A DNA stretch of 64,000 bases, from assembly GCA_038496445.1 (NCBI GenBank), contig JALMLS010000585.1, positions 372,001 through 436,000 of the forward strand, in the 5' to 3' direction. Below, piece by piece: positions 25,207 through 38,592 of the stretch (the stretch's first letter is position 1; each line of letters begins with the position of its first letter). Under the pieces are notes generated by a model, which worked only from the letters and a program-made list of their open reading frames with translations, made no database searches and was not told the origin of the DNA. This DNA is from Trichosphaerium sp. ATCC 40318. Taxonomy: Eukaryota; Protista; Tubulinea. The position numbers were made by a program, and so were the translations under genes.

Positions 25207-25629
25207 ATGTCTAAAAAATCATCTTCTGAAGCTCGCGCAGGAAAAGGCAGAAAGGCCGGTGACAAATCACGCTCATTCAAAGCCGGTTTGACTTTCCCAG
25301 TTGGCCGTCTCCACAGGCAACTCAAACAAGGTCAATTCGCCAAACGTGTAGGTATTGGTGCTCCAGTATACCTCGCCGCTGTTTTGGAATATTTGACCGC
25401 CGAAGTCCTCGAACTCGCTGGTAACGCTGCTCGCGACAACAAGAAAGTCCGTATTGTGCCAAGACACATCATGCTTGCTGTCCGTAACGACGAAGAACTC
25501 AACAAGCTTCTCGGTAAAGTAACGATCTCAAGCGGTGGTGTTATCCCTAACATTCACACCAACTTGTTGCCTGACAAACAAAAGAAGGCTGCTTTGTTGG
25601 AATCTGGCGGTGACTCCCAAGTTTACTAA
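25207..25629 (+). CDS. H2AX: Histone H2A, H2A.X-type (C-terminal SQVY)
   Basis: [34 protein letters not shown] and NDEELNKLL motifs. Intronless, with a terminal SQ-x-Y motif. Confidence 0.97.
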   Translation: MSKKSSSEARAGKGRKAGDKSRSFKAGLTFPVGRLHRQLKQGQFAKRVGIGAPVYLAAVLEYLTAEVLELAGNAARDNKKVRIVPRHIMLAVRNDEELNKLLGKVTISSGGVIPNIHTNLLPDKQKKAALLESGGDSQVY

Positions 25630-25650
25630 ACTATTACGAGTTTTCTAAAT

Positions 25651-25666
25651 GGCTTTTTTTAAAGCC
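25651..25666 (+). promoter_or_regulatory. Histone 3' UTR stem-loop
   Basis: GGCTTT-TTTT-AAAGCC: 6-bp stem and 4-nt loop, 21 nt after the stop codon, matching the canonical GGYYYU-UYUN-ARRRCC geometry. Confidence 0.85.
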
Positions 25667-25942
25667 CCTTAAACTGCTGTTTAAACCACTTGTCTTATTT
25701 CCCAGTATTTAACGTTTTTTTAACTCAGTACTATTTTTTCTATCTTGATCATTTTTTACCGCCAATTTTGATCCGTCCATGTTATTTCTTTGTCGCTATA
25801 TTATTCAGTATGTAAATGTATGCGCTTATTGTGGTAGCTAGGTTGCTGTTGTTATTTACTATTGTGTAATCGCTTGTTTCAGATACACGTGTTTTGTTAT
25901 CTGCACTTTTCTATATTCATCCAAACGTTATTGCAGAGCAAA

Positions 25943-28107
25943 ATGTCGCTAAGTCGCCTTCACTTTTTTAGTGTCAGGTGATGGTAAGAGCTACTATATG
26001 CGCGTAGTTTGTTTAGGATACCGCAAGGGTTATTCCTCTACGCGTCAGCGTGTGCAGCAGCGTAGATACGTTTGGTGGAGTCCCAAAAAACCTGTAGAAC
26101 AAAAAGATACCTCTGTTGGCCAAACTGAGGTAGTTGTTGAAGAGCCAGAGTATAATTACTATGATCCAGTCACTATGGTACCCAAGGATATAGATATACT
26201 CAAGCAGTCGTTAAAAGGCGTCAGTGACCGAGATATACCAGCTAAAGGTTCTGACGCGCGAAATTTATTGCGTGGGCTTCGTGGCTTTATTAATTATCAG
26301 TATTGGTGCGTATACGCATAGAAAACATTTAGAAATGCTTTTTACGCGTTTTTATCTAATTTTGTGAAGGTACATACCATCACAACCAACACATGACGGA
26401 CCGCCAGTAATATCATTCATAAAGTCAGAGCGGGGTACGGCGTCTTTTTTAGCGTTTTTATAAAAAAATGATTTCACGTTTTTCTGACGCACAAATGTCT
26501 CAACGTCTCTCGTTTGCAATGGGTTGCTATGGTATGTGCTAACTATTTGTAGATGCAAGCACTATACCCAGGAACCAAGACAACGCACCTTTTTGGAAAC
26601 GCGCTGCTTCTTCTTTCACTGGCGCGTTAGCTGCTCAGTGGAACCGTTCTCCGCAGTTGACACTACCCATCTTTTCTACTATTGAGCATTTTGAGGCATA
26701 CAAGCAGAGGTCTACTATTGATGTCATGCAGACTGCAACGCCTATGCGGATTGATGGTACTTTATTTTTTGATTTTTTGTTTTCCATCCTTTTTGCGCTT
26801 GAAAATGGCTTTTAAGAGCCTATTGTTGTTGGATATTGTTGATTAGTAATGTGTATACTCATAGGTTCTCAGTTGGTTAATGTTATAGTTTCTGAAGTGC
26901 TTGGTGTTAGAGGCAACCGTGAAAAATTCAACAGATTTCAGATTAATCCTGTGGACATCAATGGAGGGACATCTGTTAATGTTGATCACGTTCCTTTAAT
27001 GCTTCAACTACAGACAATACTCACGACAGAGACATTGCTTAAAAAATTGTTCCAGTTCGAGGTTTGTGTTCACGTGTTCTGGTTTTGTTTTTTCTTTGCT
27101 TGAAGCTTACTTTTTGTTTTTATTGTAGGGTGATTTAGGGCGATTGATTAAGAGTGATGCTGTTGAAATGATGGATCTTGTAAAGAGTTTGGAAGAACCT
27201 ACTAAGCGTACAGCTCCTGGAATATTGACAAGCTCTAGTGTTCGGGAAATAATGAATAGTCCACAGACTAATAAGACGGTGTGTTTTTTTTTAACTCCTT
27301 TTTTTTTTTGGGTTTATTTCGCCTTCATGGATCTTTTGTACTGATTTATATTTGTCCTAGCTTAAGCATTTTTTAACTCTCATAAATAATGTAATCATTT
27401 CAACAAGTCGTAAAGGCAAGAGTATCGGTATAGACAAAGATGGTAAGATTTCTTTCCGTGAAGTTGAAAAATTAAAAAAAAATTAAAGCTAGCGAATGTC
27501 ACTTACTGACATCGTTGTTTAGGTAATCTTTTATGTTGGACTGATTTTATTGAGTATAAAGAGTTTACCTCAAATCAGAAGGGTATAAATCACAGTAGAG
27601 AGAAGGCTACTTTGGCCTTAGGAGAAGTTATCCGCTTGCATCGTCAGTTTGAATGTAAAGACCTGATAGTTAATCCTGGATCTCCATTAGAGGTACCTCT
27701 TTAAATGCAAACTTGCCTTAGCAATGAAGAATTACTACATTACATTGTGTTGTTGAGTTTTCTTGATGAAAAAGAACAATGAAAAATGAGCAACTTGTGT
27801 TGCATTGAAACACTGTTTTTTCGTTTGTTTGACTTTTTTCCAGGTCCGATTTTTGCAGTCTCACGTGGATCTTACTCAAGAATATTTGGATGAATACGAG
27901 TGGTTACCAGATACTATAGAATTATCAGAGCGAATAGGTGATCCACCACGTGTCAACCCTATTTTCAAAGTGAAAGAACAAGATCTTATTGATGTTGGAT
28001 TTTTACCTAAAAAACCTAACCTCAACTTTAAAAAAGGAAAAAAGGAGGAACAGCAGAAATCGTCATCATCAAATAACGAGGGAAATACTGACTTCAAGGA
28101 ACTGTAA
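25943..28107 (+). CDS. Multi-exon hypothetical protein, probably mitochondrial
   Basis: Arg/Ser-rich N-terminus (MSLSRL...QRVQQRRY). About 8 exons end in ...NTDFKEL* followed by AATAAA. No domain recognised. Confidence 0.6.
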
Positions 28108-28984
28108 AAAAAAATAAAATATCAATAATAAGTAGGGAGAAACCTCACTCACTGAGTTTTGGCTTGATAAGTACTTAACACTACCAAACATTGTAAATTA
28201 TTTTCGTTGGAAAAAAAATCTTTTTTTTTTTCAGTTATTTAATAATCGTACAACTGTAGTGATGCTACACTGTAGGACAAAGATCTCAGGTGCTGACCCT
28301 GACGCCACAGTATTGAGTTTTTTTCCAAATCATTACAATTTTGTTACTGTCGTAATTTACATACATTGTACTGTGCTTCAAGAACTTAGAAGCCTGATTA
28401 AATAATCTAGTGGTATCCTAGAGGCACCTGGACGCAGTAAAATAGTCTGGTTGTTATAGAGACTCTGGAATTGACCTTGAATTACCTATCGATGATCGCG
28501 TTTCTCCAGTATTTTACTCTTATTATCCACAAAGATATGTTTGTTGTTTGGTTTATTTTGATTAAGCAAAGCCTACTCTGGCGCATATTTCGTTACATTA
28601 TATAGTACAACACAAGCTCTCCATAGAACCTGGAATGCCCCTTACCACAACGATATGTGCTAACAATGAACAAGTATTGTTTTGTTGTAAATTTACTTTG
28701 TCAGTCAAAAATAGCGGTGATGGTCCAGCTCAGTGAGCTTGAAAATAAGATTAGCCGCACTATTTTTTGGTTTGTACAGATTAAATAGGCAAAATGGATG
28801 GTGGTATACACAAAGTGCTTTCACCCATTCGAAAACCAAGTTTTGAAGAAAATAATGTCAAGTTAATAGTATTCACTGAAACACTTTAATGTTACAAAAA
28901 CGTAATCAAGGCAAACATAACTTACAAACCAAAACAACAACAAACGCAACTCATAAACATATTATACACGCAAAATAAACTAAT

Positions 28985-30410
28985 ATGCAGACATCTAAAG
29001 CAAATATACCTTTTACAATCGAAGATGTCGCTAAAGTAAATATATACTTGGCGGAGTACTTTAAACAACTAAACATGCATCCAACAAGAACATCTACCGG
29101 TAAAGAAAAGCAAACAGTAAGTCAACAACTGATAAAACTACAAAACTCTAATAATACACCAAGGATAGTGACGTTCGTCGTATGAACGAAATCGAAGGCG
29201 GTGTTGATGACATTGACATGCACGGACATTTGGGCAAACAAAAAGGCTGGAAGGCTCCTATCTTACGTACTTTTTGCGATGTGGAAGCAAGAAAAGGTTA
29301 CGACTCGATGAAAGCACATGAATACAGTGAAGACCCAGAAACTTTAAAAATCAAAGTGAAGGAACTTGCAAGACTCATTAAAGCTTCTAAGCATTGTGTC
29401 GCATACACAGGCGCTGGTATATCTACTGCAAGTGGTATAAACGACTATGCATCTCAATCAAAGGATTCTATGGCAACAGGAACTAAAGCAAAAGGACGTG
29501 CTAAGAAACGATCTGGTTTGGATGCTGAACCTACGTTCTCGCATTATACACTTGCTGCTCTTTCAAAGGAAGGATATCTTAAGCACTGGATACAACAAAA
29601 TCATGATGGCTTGCCACAAAAGGTAATTAATTTGTTCACAAACACGTGTTTTTTTTTGTTATCGTACTTGCTTTGATTTTCGTTTCTGACTGGTTTCTTC
29701 AGGCTGGGTTCCCACAAGAAGACATAAATGAGATACACGGCGCTTGGTTCAATCCATCAAATCCTGTAGTACCAATGTCTGGTAGTCTCAGAGACGACTT
29801 GTTTGACTGGATGTTGGAAGAAGAGCAAAAAGCTGACTTGGTTCTTACACTTGGAACAAGTCTGTGTGGTATGAACGCCGACCGTGTCGTCAAGACAGCT
29901 GGAAAGAAATATGTAAGAAAAGGAAAAGGTCTAGGATCTGTCATCATTGGTTTCCAAAGAACAATACTTGATCCTTTGGCTTCACTTCGCATTTTTGCAA
30001 GCATTGATGAAGTTATGCTTCATCTGGCCATTGAGATGAAACTCCCATACAATCCAGTCCCATACACACCCTCAATCCCAGAAGAAGCGAAAACAAAGCG
30101 CAAAAATGTATACAGAGTACCTTATGACCCAAAGACTGGGTTGAAAAGTGACACGAAAACAATGGAATGGGATTTGAGAAAAGGCTCATTGATAAAGTTG
30201 ACAGGTGGCCCAGGTGTAGGATTTAGTGGAAAAGTACTACTTACGCCAGAGCATGCTAAGCGTAGAATAGCGTATAGAGTACAATTCCCATTCACAAGAG
30301 AAGGAAGCAAAGATTTTGGCAAAGTACTTAAATGTTACAGCCTTGGTACATGGTTTATTGAAGGCGCTTGCAAAGGCACTCTCAAGCAACTACCTTTTAT
30401 TAATGAGTAG
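28985..30410 (+). CDS. Sir2/sirtuin family protein (class IV-like) lacking the Zn ribbon; start uncertain
   Basis: YTGAGISTASGI, QQNHDGLPQK|AG, EIHG and LGTSL motifs. Intron 29623-29702. Confidence 0.9.
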
Positions 30411-30864
30411 AATGAATTCGTGTATTTAAATTAAAACCATTTGTAAATAAAACATTGTGCATAATCTATCACGTGTTCATTGTACAACTTAATCATGTTT
30501 GAATGACAAAAAAAAACCAAAATAAGTTCTTAGGAAACCTTCTCAACCCTCCTCTAGAATGCTCTTGAAAGAGACTCTTAGTAAGGGCTGCTGGCTATAG
30601 ATATAAGGTAGTTACTTTCAAAGTTCTGTTAAAGATTGCAAGGACAAATGACATTACACAGTATATTGTATTAATACCATTTATTTTTTAGGCCGGAAAA
30701 TGTACTTCAAAACACCACATGATCTTTCGCCATAAAATGATCTTGCCAGCGTTAAAATACTGGAGGTTGTAAACAACAATAGCTCTAATTGCAAAGTACA
30801 ACACGGCGAGTGTTTAGGTTAAGTTTCAGCTTTAGTTCAGTGATAGTAAAAAAAGTGGTAAACA

Positions 30865-32252
30865 ATGGCGGAAGTACGTGTTTAAAGAATACCACAATGA
30901 GTGAGGTTGTCTAGGCACTACTTTTAGCGGTTTGAGGTATAACGTTTTCTTTAGATGTTCCTGAGGTCCTCAGGGAAGCATGGGTTTAAACTGTTGTCTT
31001 CTGTGGAGACACACGAGTCAAATCAGCGTATTCCTAAGGAAAAATTACTGGAGATGCTCAAAGCCGAGGTTACAATGCGTTGTTCCAAGGAAGTACGCGT
31101 ATGGTACAGATAAACTAATTAATAATTAAATTTAGTACCAAACGCTCTACACGCAGCAAGATACAGCTGAATGGTTGTTAGAAGTTGAAACTAAGCTCCA
31201 GAAGCAGTTGCTAATAGATTTCGACATGACTGAATGCTCTGTTAGCAAGTACAGATCTCAACGCGGTTTGTATAAAGATGACAACGATATAAGAGGTACG
31301 CTTGAGTATCTTTGTCGATTTGTTATCTAACTGACGTCTTTAAAGACGCTGCTATATACATTAAATACGATAGAAGCTTCAGTGGAGTACTTAGTGTTGG
31401 CGACATAGCTCCTGATGTCGGTCTAGTTACCCTTGAAGAGAAAAAAGTACGAATAAAAAAACCAAATCCTGGCTTTAGTCAGCATCAATGTCAACCATCT
31501 GATCAACCTGTTAGGTTACCTTGTATGAGCTGATGCGCCTTGAGGAGGAAAAACCATGTGTTATTATTGCAGGTACAAGTGAATATAAAGAGAAAAGTAA
31601 TAGTATGTTAGAAACGTTTAAAGCTTTTTTAGGCTCTCACACGTGACCCCCAATGAGAAACGCATTGCCTACTTTTATGAAGATGGCAGAGCGTTTTGCT
31701 GAGAAATGCAATTTTGTTATGGTGTATCTCATGGAAGCCCACGCAGCTGATGAATGGCCTCTTGGCACAAAAGTACATTATCTTATTCTGTAATGATTCT
31801 TACTTGTGCTAACAAATATAGGTGACAATAAACCAGCACAAGACTAATAAAGAAAGAATAGATGCAGCGACAGATCTCAAAGAAAAATACAAAATCAACT
31901 TTCCTTTAGTTGTACGCTCTCAATTTTTTTGTGTACTGAACTTCCAAAGTCATTTTTTTTTATCTTTCTCGTTTTTTTCTTGGATTAGTAGCTATGTTGT
32001 ACCATTTTTCCTCGTTTTGATTTAGTTAATTTTAGGTTGATGGTATTGAAAATACTTTCCATAAAACGTATGCAGCTTGGCCTGAGCGTTACTTTATTGT
32101 AGACAAAGCAGGAAAACTCGCACATATTGTACACAACAATACAATCATTTTTATTCTTATTCTTTTTAAAACAGGCTGTACCTGGTCCTATGGGATACAC
32201 AAGCGCTCATATTGACCAAGTTCAAGAATGGTTAGAGAATAGATGCCTATAA
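30865..32252 (+). CDS. Iodothyronine deiodinase-like selenoprotein (Sec UGA at 31644-31646); first exon(s) uncertain
   Basis: Spliced product GDIAPD...PCVIIAGSHT(U)PPM...VYLMEAHAADEWP...YAAWPERYFIV. The UGA aligns with the deiodinase SxTUPP selenocysteine, and a SECIS lies downstream. Confidence 0.9.
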
Positions 32253-32294
32253 TACAGTTCAAGAGGGCTGTGAAGATGTTGTTTCCGTCTGGTA

Positions 32295-32358
32295 AATCGA
32301 ATGATAGTACAACAGTAAAACCTTGAAAGAAGCTTGTTGTAACTTGACAATACTCGTA
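32295..32358 (+). promoter_or_regulatory. SECIS element (type II-like)
   Basis: AUGAU core at 32301, helix AGUACAACAG / CUUGUUGUAACU, unpaired AAAA, apical mini-stem CUU/AAG and closing UGAC. It lies about 50 nt after the stop and upstream of AATAAA. Confidence 0.85.
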
Positions 32359-33453
32359 TGTTTATCGGTGTAAATAAATGTATTAGGCTTTATTTAATCT
32401 ACACTTCAAGATATGGATGTAAACTAGTGAGTGCTCTTTAACATTGTTGTATATTGATAAATGAGTACACGTGCAATTCTTCAATACTTTTTTTTTCTAT
32501 GATTATGCCTGCACTAGTGTGGCAGCGCAGTACATTGCCAACAAATAATAAGTAATTCGTACCTCTCTGATCTCATTCAGGTCCTACGGACGCTTCGTTG
32601 GCGAGTGTAGTATTTACAAGCGCTACTTGAAATACTGCAGTAGTCTTGATACCTGATGTGAAATAGCAATTTTATTCTTGCACAAGTAAGGTGCTTTCTC
32701 TCGTGTTGTGGAATGTGATATTTTCACTCCTTCCACGTTTTTGCAAGATCCTACACTTTGATACTTCGCCCAAACGTGTTGCAAACTTGAATGACACGGA
32801 CAATATTGAGATTATTCTACGTATATTTCGGTCGTTGAAAGCAACTATTAGGTGTTCGAGTTGAAACAACTAAGTTAATGCAAAAAAAACCGCTAAAAAT
32901 TCAAAGGATCCTTAAACAAATGGTGTGTAGGCATCCTTTGTAGGTGGCTTGTTTACCTCACAATGCCGTTTTGAAACATGAGATTCCTCAATACACTCAT
33001 CAATACTACCCGCAACAATGTTATAGCACGTGCTTATTTATTAGGTCTCTTCCTCTGATCTTTGTTGTAAACGAGCTACAAAGTTATTTCGATAAACGTA
33101 TAGCGTGCGATCTCATCTGGTTCATATTTTTCATGGTGCATGAATGATAAACAAGGCATGGGAATATCTATTTGACATAGAGATGGTTTTAAAATGGTGA
33201 GTGTTCCTCGTGTTCCTCGTGTAGTTTCGTGTCGTAGTTTGGGATTCATGCTCAAGATACAAGCATTGGATTAATCTCTATCCTGGAGCAATAGCCTACT
33301 TCACAACACTTACGCTCCGTGTAGTCATGTTTTAGTAGTACTAATAGTTACGTGAAATCGGATATTCATCGGACAAACTATAAGTATTGGACAAACAACA
33401 CTATGAACAAAAATTTACGAGTTTTCATTTAGAAAATAAGGATTACACTCACA

Positions 33454-33851
33454 ATGAACGCCTTTTCTCCAACGACTATGATATCACTGACCACTATTTT
33501 TGTTGTCTTGATGTTTGTATGCTCAGTAACAGGACATGACGAAGAGGAAGAATCATGTGTTGGTAAATGGTGCTCAAGACTCTACACAAAGAAAAATGGT
33601 GACCCTGGAACTTTTTGTGCTGATGTATGGGGTTCATGCCCAGATAACACTTATGATTATGTACGTGCTAGGAAGCAAGTTTACAACCTACGAATTCCAC
33701 TTCTAATAGTGATTAGCACGTTCGAATTGAAAACAAAAAAAAGTGTAGACGATGCAATCAGAGAACACCTAGCGCTGGAAGATGTAACCATAATGCTGGT
33801 AACATGTGGTCAAAAGGCTTTATTAGGCATTCCTGCTATGAATGCAAATAA
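33454..33851 (+). CDS. Small secreted cysteine-rich protein (2 exons)
   Basis: Signal peptide. Intron 33661-33717 gives ...HVRIENKKKCRRCNQ...HSCYECK*. Confidence 0.65.
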
Positions 33852-34573
33852 GCGATGCGTGTTGGTATGTTATAGAAGAGGGAACCCCGGTGATATTTGT
33901 TCTCAGACAACTATAATAAAGTATCTCTTTTCTATTCCAAACATCAGAAAAAATCACGTGGAGTTTTTTCAATTTAAGTACTGTCATTTATGCTTGTTTT
34001 TGTCAAGTTGTATGTGGTGTACTGCGCTTAGCCATGGTATTTTTTTCATTGACGGCATTGTGGTGCGGTAGTTTAGCGATGAACTATCACTTGGGTCTCT
34101 GAAAACAAAATTGAAAATGAACTAATTAGTTAGAAACGTTTTATTACACTGGCACTTCAATGATGTATGAAAGTCTTCAACTTTTCAGAGCACCAATACA
34201 ATCACTTAAGCCTTTGTGGGTGACCAAACATATTGGGTCGTTTGCGCTCCTATTACTCCGCATCTTTGCCGGCATTAGTATAAACCACTTTAGACATGTG
34301 GATCGCTTCCGATAAGTTTTTGCGATGTGCTCCGATGCCCACACAGAGACTGTGCTTGTGATGCATGTAGGCGACTTCCGAAGCTCTAGTGATCAGCGTG
34401 GCAGGTGAGCAAGAGCGTGGCAGTTTGTTGTAGCCCAAACGGTTAATGTTCACTGAAAAAATCTTATTTCACGTGTACTCGAGACAACACTGTCTCATTC
34501 TCAAATTACTCGTGAATACGTTTGTATCAACTTGCAAACATAATCTTTCACTCCAAAGACCAAAACAACAACA

Positions 34574-35239
34574 ATGGCATACAAAGCTGTAATCAAAACA
34601 ATGCTAGTGTTACTCTGTATTCTTGCATGTGTGCATGGATCCGAGCAAGGATTAGGCACTTCACGTCCATCTATACCTGTGTGTGAAGGTGATACTATCG
34701 CTCACGAGATTTACACAGTGTCAAGAACTGGAGGAAATGGCAATGGTATTTCTGATACTATTGTGTATAACATGGGCTTCTACAATGACCCAAGGATCAT
34801 TGGACGTCTTACTTTTGGTGATGCTAGTGCAGACTGTTCTTCATCCACTACCGATGTTTGTTGCAATGCTGAACAATCTATTTGTCTCAGACCTGTATGT
34901 AACTTGTTTAATTCGTAATTACAAACTCACTTTACAATAGCATGCCTCTGCACCTTATCTCGCCTTTGCCATTCCAACGAACACTACAACATGTACTGTT
35001 TACCATTACGAAACAGATTCATTCACAAGCACTCGTGGATTATTGTTTGCAACTGATGACGGTGTATGTCTTTGTTTTTCTTTAGACATTGCAATTTGAT
35101 AACCTCTCTTTAGAATACTGGATGTAATGTTAACGGTGGATGGCCCTGCTTCATGATTGGTAGTTCAGATATCCAACCGATACCTATGGGCACTTACAGT
35201 AACTACGTCATAGATTGCATCAAACCGTGTGCTTCATAG
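34574..35239 (+). CDS. Secreted cysteine-containing protein (3 exons)
   Basis: Signal peptide MAYKAVIKTMLVLLCILACVHG, in-frame splicing to ...DCIKPCAS*, and AATAAA downstream. Confidence 0.7.
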
Positions 35240-35736
35240 ATAAACAAAAATAAATTCCAAAAATATCGTTCCCTTAGTAGTATGTACATACTTACGTAAT
35301 TTGAGATTTGAATAGTAAACTAACGTTATGGAAATAGTAGTCACCATGTATGAGTTGCCTTCTTTTTTGAAGGGTTGTTAGTCCTGCCAACAATTGTAAA
35401 TTTAGTGAAGTTGTTAGAGTAATACGAAAATATGTGGAAATACAAAAGACTCCTGAGCAACCGTAAGGTGATGTAAGCTACCAACGATATAATTTTTTTT
35501 TATTCAAATCATAAAGGTACTCCTCGATCTGTACCCATTACTTTAGAAAATATGATTGATGGAACAGGTAAGGATTCTAGTATTTCTTTAATTATGACGT
35601 ATACGTGGCATGGTTTTAGTATATGTTGACCATTATCGTGCTATATCATGAAATCAAGCCCTCACTAGAAAACATACCACAAGAAGAAGAGATTGAACAT
35701 GTAACATAAATACAAAACATAGTCAGCTGGCTGTAC

Positions 35737-35866
35737 ATGTACCACGACAAGTGGTTTGACAAGAGCTGGGACTAAGGGCATGGATGCCAACTACGTTGCC
35801 TGCTTAAGCCAGACTGCAAATGGAGCTCAATGAAAACCCTTGAAACAAGACGACCACGAAAAGTAG
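35737..35866 (+). repeat. About 130-bp dispersed repeat, copy 1 (possible transposase relic)
   Basis: Shares gacaagtggtttgacaag, gttgcctgctt, aagccagact.caaatggagctcaatgaaa and gaccacgaaaa with 45664-45800. Confidence 0.75.
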
Positions 35867-35881
35867 GAATAAATCCCTAGA

Positions 35882-37210
35882 ATGGAAGCAGGTGTTGAAG
35901 AACTTGTTCAAGTGCTTAGAAATGGTTGTGAGCATGATGGTAAGTTTTGCTTGTTTTAAGATTATCTTCATACGTATTAACACATTCGCACAGAAGCTAT
36001 TAGAAAGCTAGACGAGCTTAACAGCATGGAAACAGTACGACAACCAATATCACGTGAATCAACCAAAAACATGTTTAACTTCACTGCGTACCCTCTAAGT
36101 CTACATTCTTTTGTTTATTTTGTCTTTTGTGGCGATAATGACGTTATTACTGCAAACGGCTTCATTTCTGTCTTTTAAAAAAATCACGTGATAGTTTTAA
36201 AATATTGTTACTTTGCTACACGTTGAACAATATGCCTTAGTTACCACGCCTTATAGGGAGTTGTTCTGAAAACTTTTCTACAGTTACGAAGGAATTTCGA
36301 CTTACCTCTACAAGTATCTAAGGCTTGTTTAGTTCACTTCAAGAACGCTCTTGTACGATCTTCAAGTGTGTACTTTAAGGTTTAAACAACCATACTTAGA
36401 TCAAATGGCACGAACTAGATCAGAGTGTCAAGGATGATATCAAAAAAACTGTACTTGTTTTGATTGTTTTCAAATACACAATCCACTAATTAGGTCATTC
36501 TCTAGGTGCTTGATCATTATAGACTGTCTCCTTATAATTTTCTGAGGTCAAAATCAGAACCATTAGAAGCTGTTGCAAGGGTTGTATTCTCAAGTGGCAG
36601 CTGGCCAGAGTTTTTTGATGTTGTTCTAGCAGAGTTATATAAGTCATGTGATGAGGGTGCTTGCTCATATGAGCAAGAATCAGGAATGAGTTTACTTGAT
36701 ACTATTGTTGACGTATGTCCATACCTTTGTAATACTGTTTGCAAAAGCTGTATTGTGCTGTAGTCCAATGATTTTTTGAGATTCTTTTAGTTGTATCAGA
36801 CACTAGCTTTACAGTATGCTGGAAGAATTATGAGAGTTTCAAGATATATACTATCTCATGGTAGCGATGAACGTGCCAGATACTCTGCTTTAGTGATGAT
36901 TAACAAGAAATGTTTCAGGCAAGTTTTTTCAAATTTTCTTTTTATTTTTGTCTACAAATGAGTTTGTATCTGTACTGCTTAATAATGTGGTTCAATAATC
37001 TAAGTGTTTTTAAGACCATATTTGAAAAAGGAAGCGAAACAACGGCGTTACATAAGGAACAGTATCGCTATGTATTGTCACGAGAAAAAAGAAGAAGAAG
37101 AGCGTGATTTTGGAGAAAAATATGATGATGATTCTCCAACATTTGATTGTGATATTAGACATATCTATGCTAACCTACTATACGATTATCTTGAAGACAT
37201 GAGTGTTTAA
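35882..37210 (+). CDS. Short importin-beta N-terminal/HEAT-like protein (paralogue A)
   Basis: MEAGVEELVQVL...KWHELDQSVKDDIKK...AVARVVFSSGSWPEFF. Exon structure is shared with 60548-62093. Confidence 0.6.
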
Positions 37211-37615
37211 ATAAACAATTTCTCATTCACTTGAGCATATAAGCATCTTGGAAGCTCCAGCAATTTCATGTAATGTCGTAACCTGTTATGAATGAATATA
37301 GCATTGCAGGGGCGTGAACTAAGCGGACCGGCTCTATTCTATTCTCTCATCTACAACGATAGTAACACAATCAGTATAATGGCTAGCAGGATGAGGTGAA
37401 GGATATGTTCTAACTTAGTTTACACCTTGCTCAAGTAGATTCCAACGTAGAGTTGAGATATCCGTCATTTTGAACTGATTTTTTATGGTATGAAGGACAA
37501 ACAAGAGAACCATTGCTATTTAATATCTAGTTCTCTTGATTACAAGGATCAGTTATGGTTAGTTGTAATTTTGCTTTATTGCTTTCATGTTGTCACATTA
37601 GTAAGACACGTGAGT

Positions 37616-38592
37616 CTAGAAAAAGCCTAGCAAGTTTATGGCCAATTTACATGATAACACCAATAAACCTAGCATGGAAGGGGCTATAAATGCAACTCCT
37701 CTGAGCCTTTTTTTTGGATCTACAAAAATGGTGTTAAAAATGGTTGGGGCTTTGTTCTTACCTCCTGATTGGTAACTTATAGCGTAAATAATACGTCCTA
37801 GACTCCACAAACCGCCGAGAGATGCTGCCCACACCTGAAAAAAGAATGAGAAAAGTCTGTAAATCGATGCAAGGCGTACAGGGTGCTGTAAGCCTGCAAA
37901 ACAAAGCAACGCAATAAATTGATAATGTGATTCAAGCCTGTAGAAGTGGGTTAGCCAGATGAGGTATCATTAATATTTAGGCATTATACGATGTTTTTAT
38001 GGGTAGCATTTTGCGAGCATACAATTGCCAGAAAATAATGAGGGTGGCAGAAATTCCAAAAATTTCGCGAGAACAGGCTGGATCTCATGGCAATTTGAAA
38101 ATCGTATTTTCTCATCAAGACATAGCATTATGGCTAGCCATAAGCTTTAACACATGAACAGATTGTAGAGTGATAATGACGTTTAACAGAAATTTGAAGT
38201 AAACGATTTTTTGTGGCGCACGTGTTCTCGGTCATTTTCTTCATTTTTACTCGCTGGCACGCTCATAAATTGTTTAAAAGCGCGTGGCGATACGTACATG
38301 TTTTGATGACCACGCTGATAACAATTAAATATCTCTTTGGTCTTATCGGTTGTGTAAAGCGTAGGATACTAGGATTAACGGTTAGAATGAGTTCATTAAA
38401 TTTTTTGACATAAAATGACATACAGCCACTCCAAACTTTTTTCTTGCGCCAGCTACCATACCTCCAATCACTGTGGCGGTTATAATCGAGCCTACTGCGC
38501 TCAAAATTACCTAAATTCACTTTAATACAGAAACACTGCTTGCAGTGTACCCATCCGTGTTCAGGTTGTATTGTGAATGCAACACCGCTCAT
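37616..38592 (-). CDS. MGST3: MAPEG family / microsomal glutathione S-transferase 3-like
   Basis: ARKKFGVAYPTLY, FNCYQRGHQN, GLQHP and GRIIYAISYQSGDPKKRLRG motifs. Confidence 0.9.

Noticed and set aside
25062-25553. Antisense ORFs over histone H2A, and similar shadow ORFs over the sirtuin, GT and LRR genes
   Set aside because: They are by-products of codon bias on the coding strand and have no motifs.
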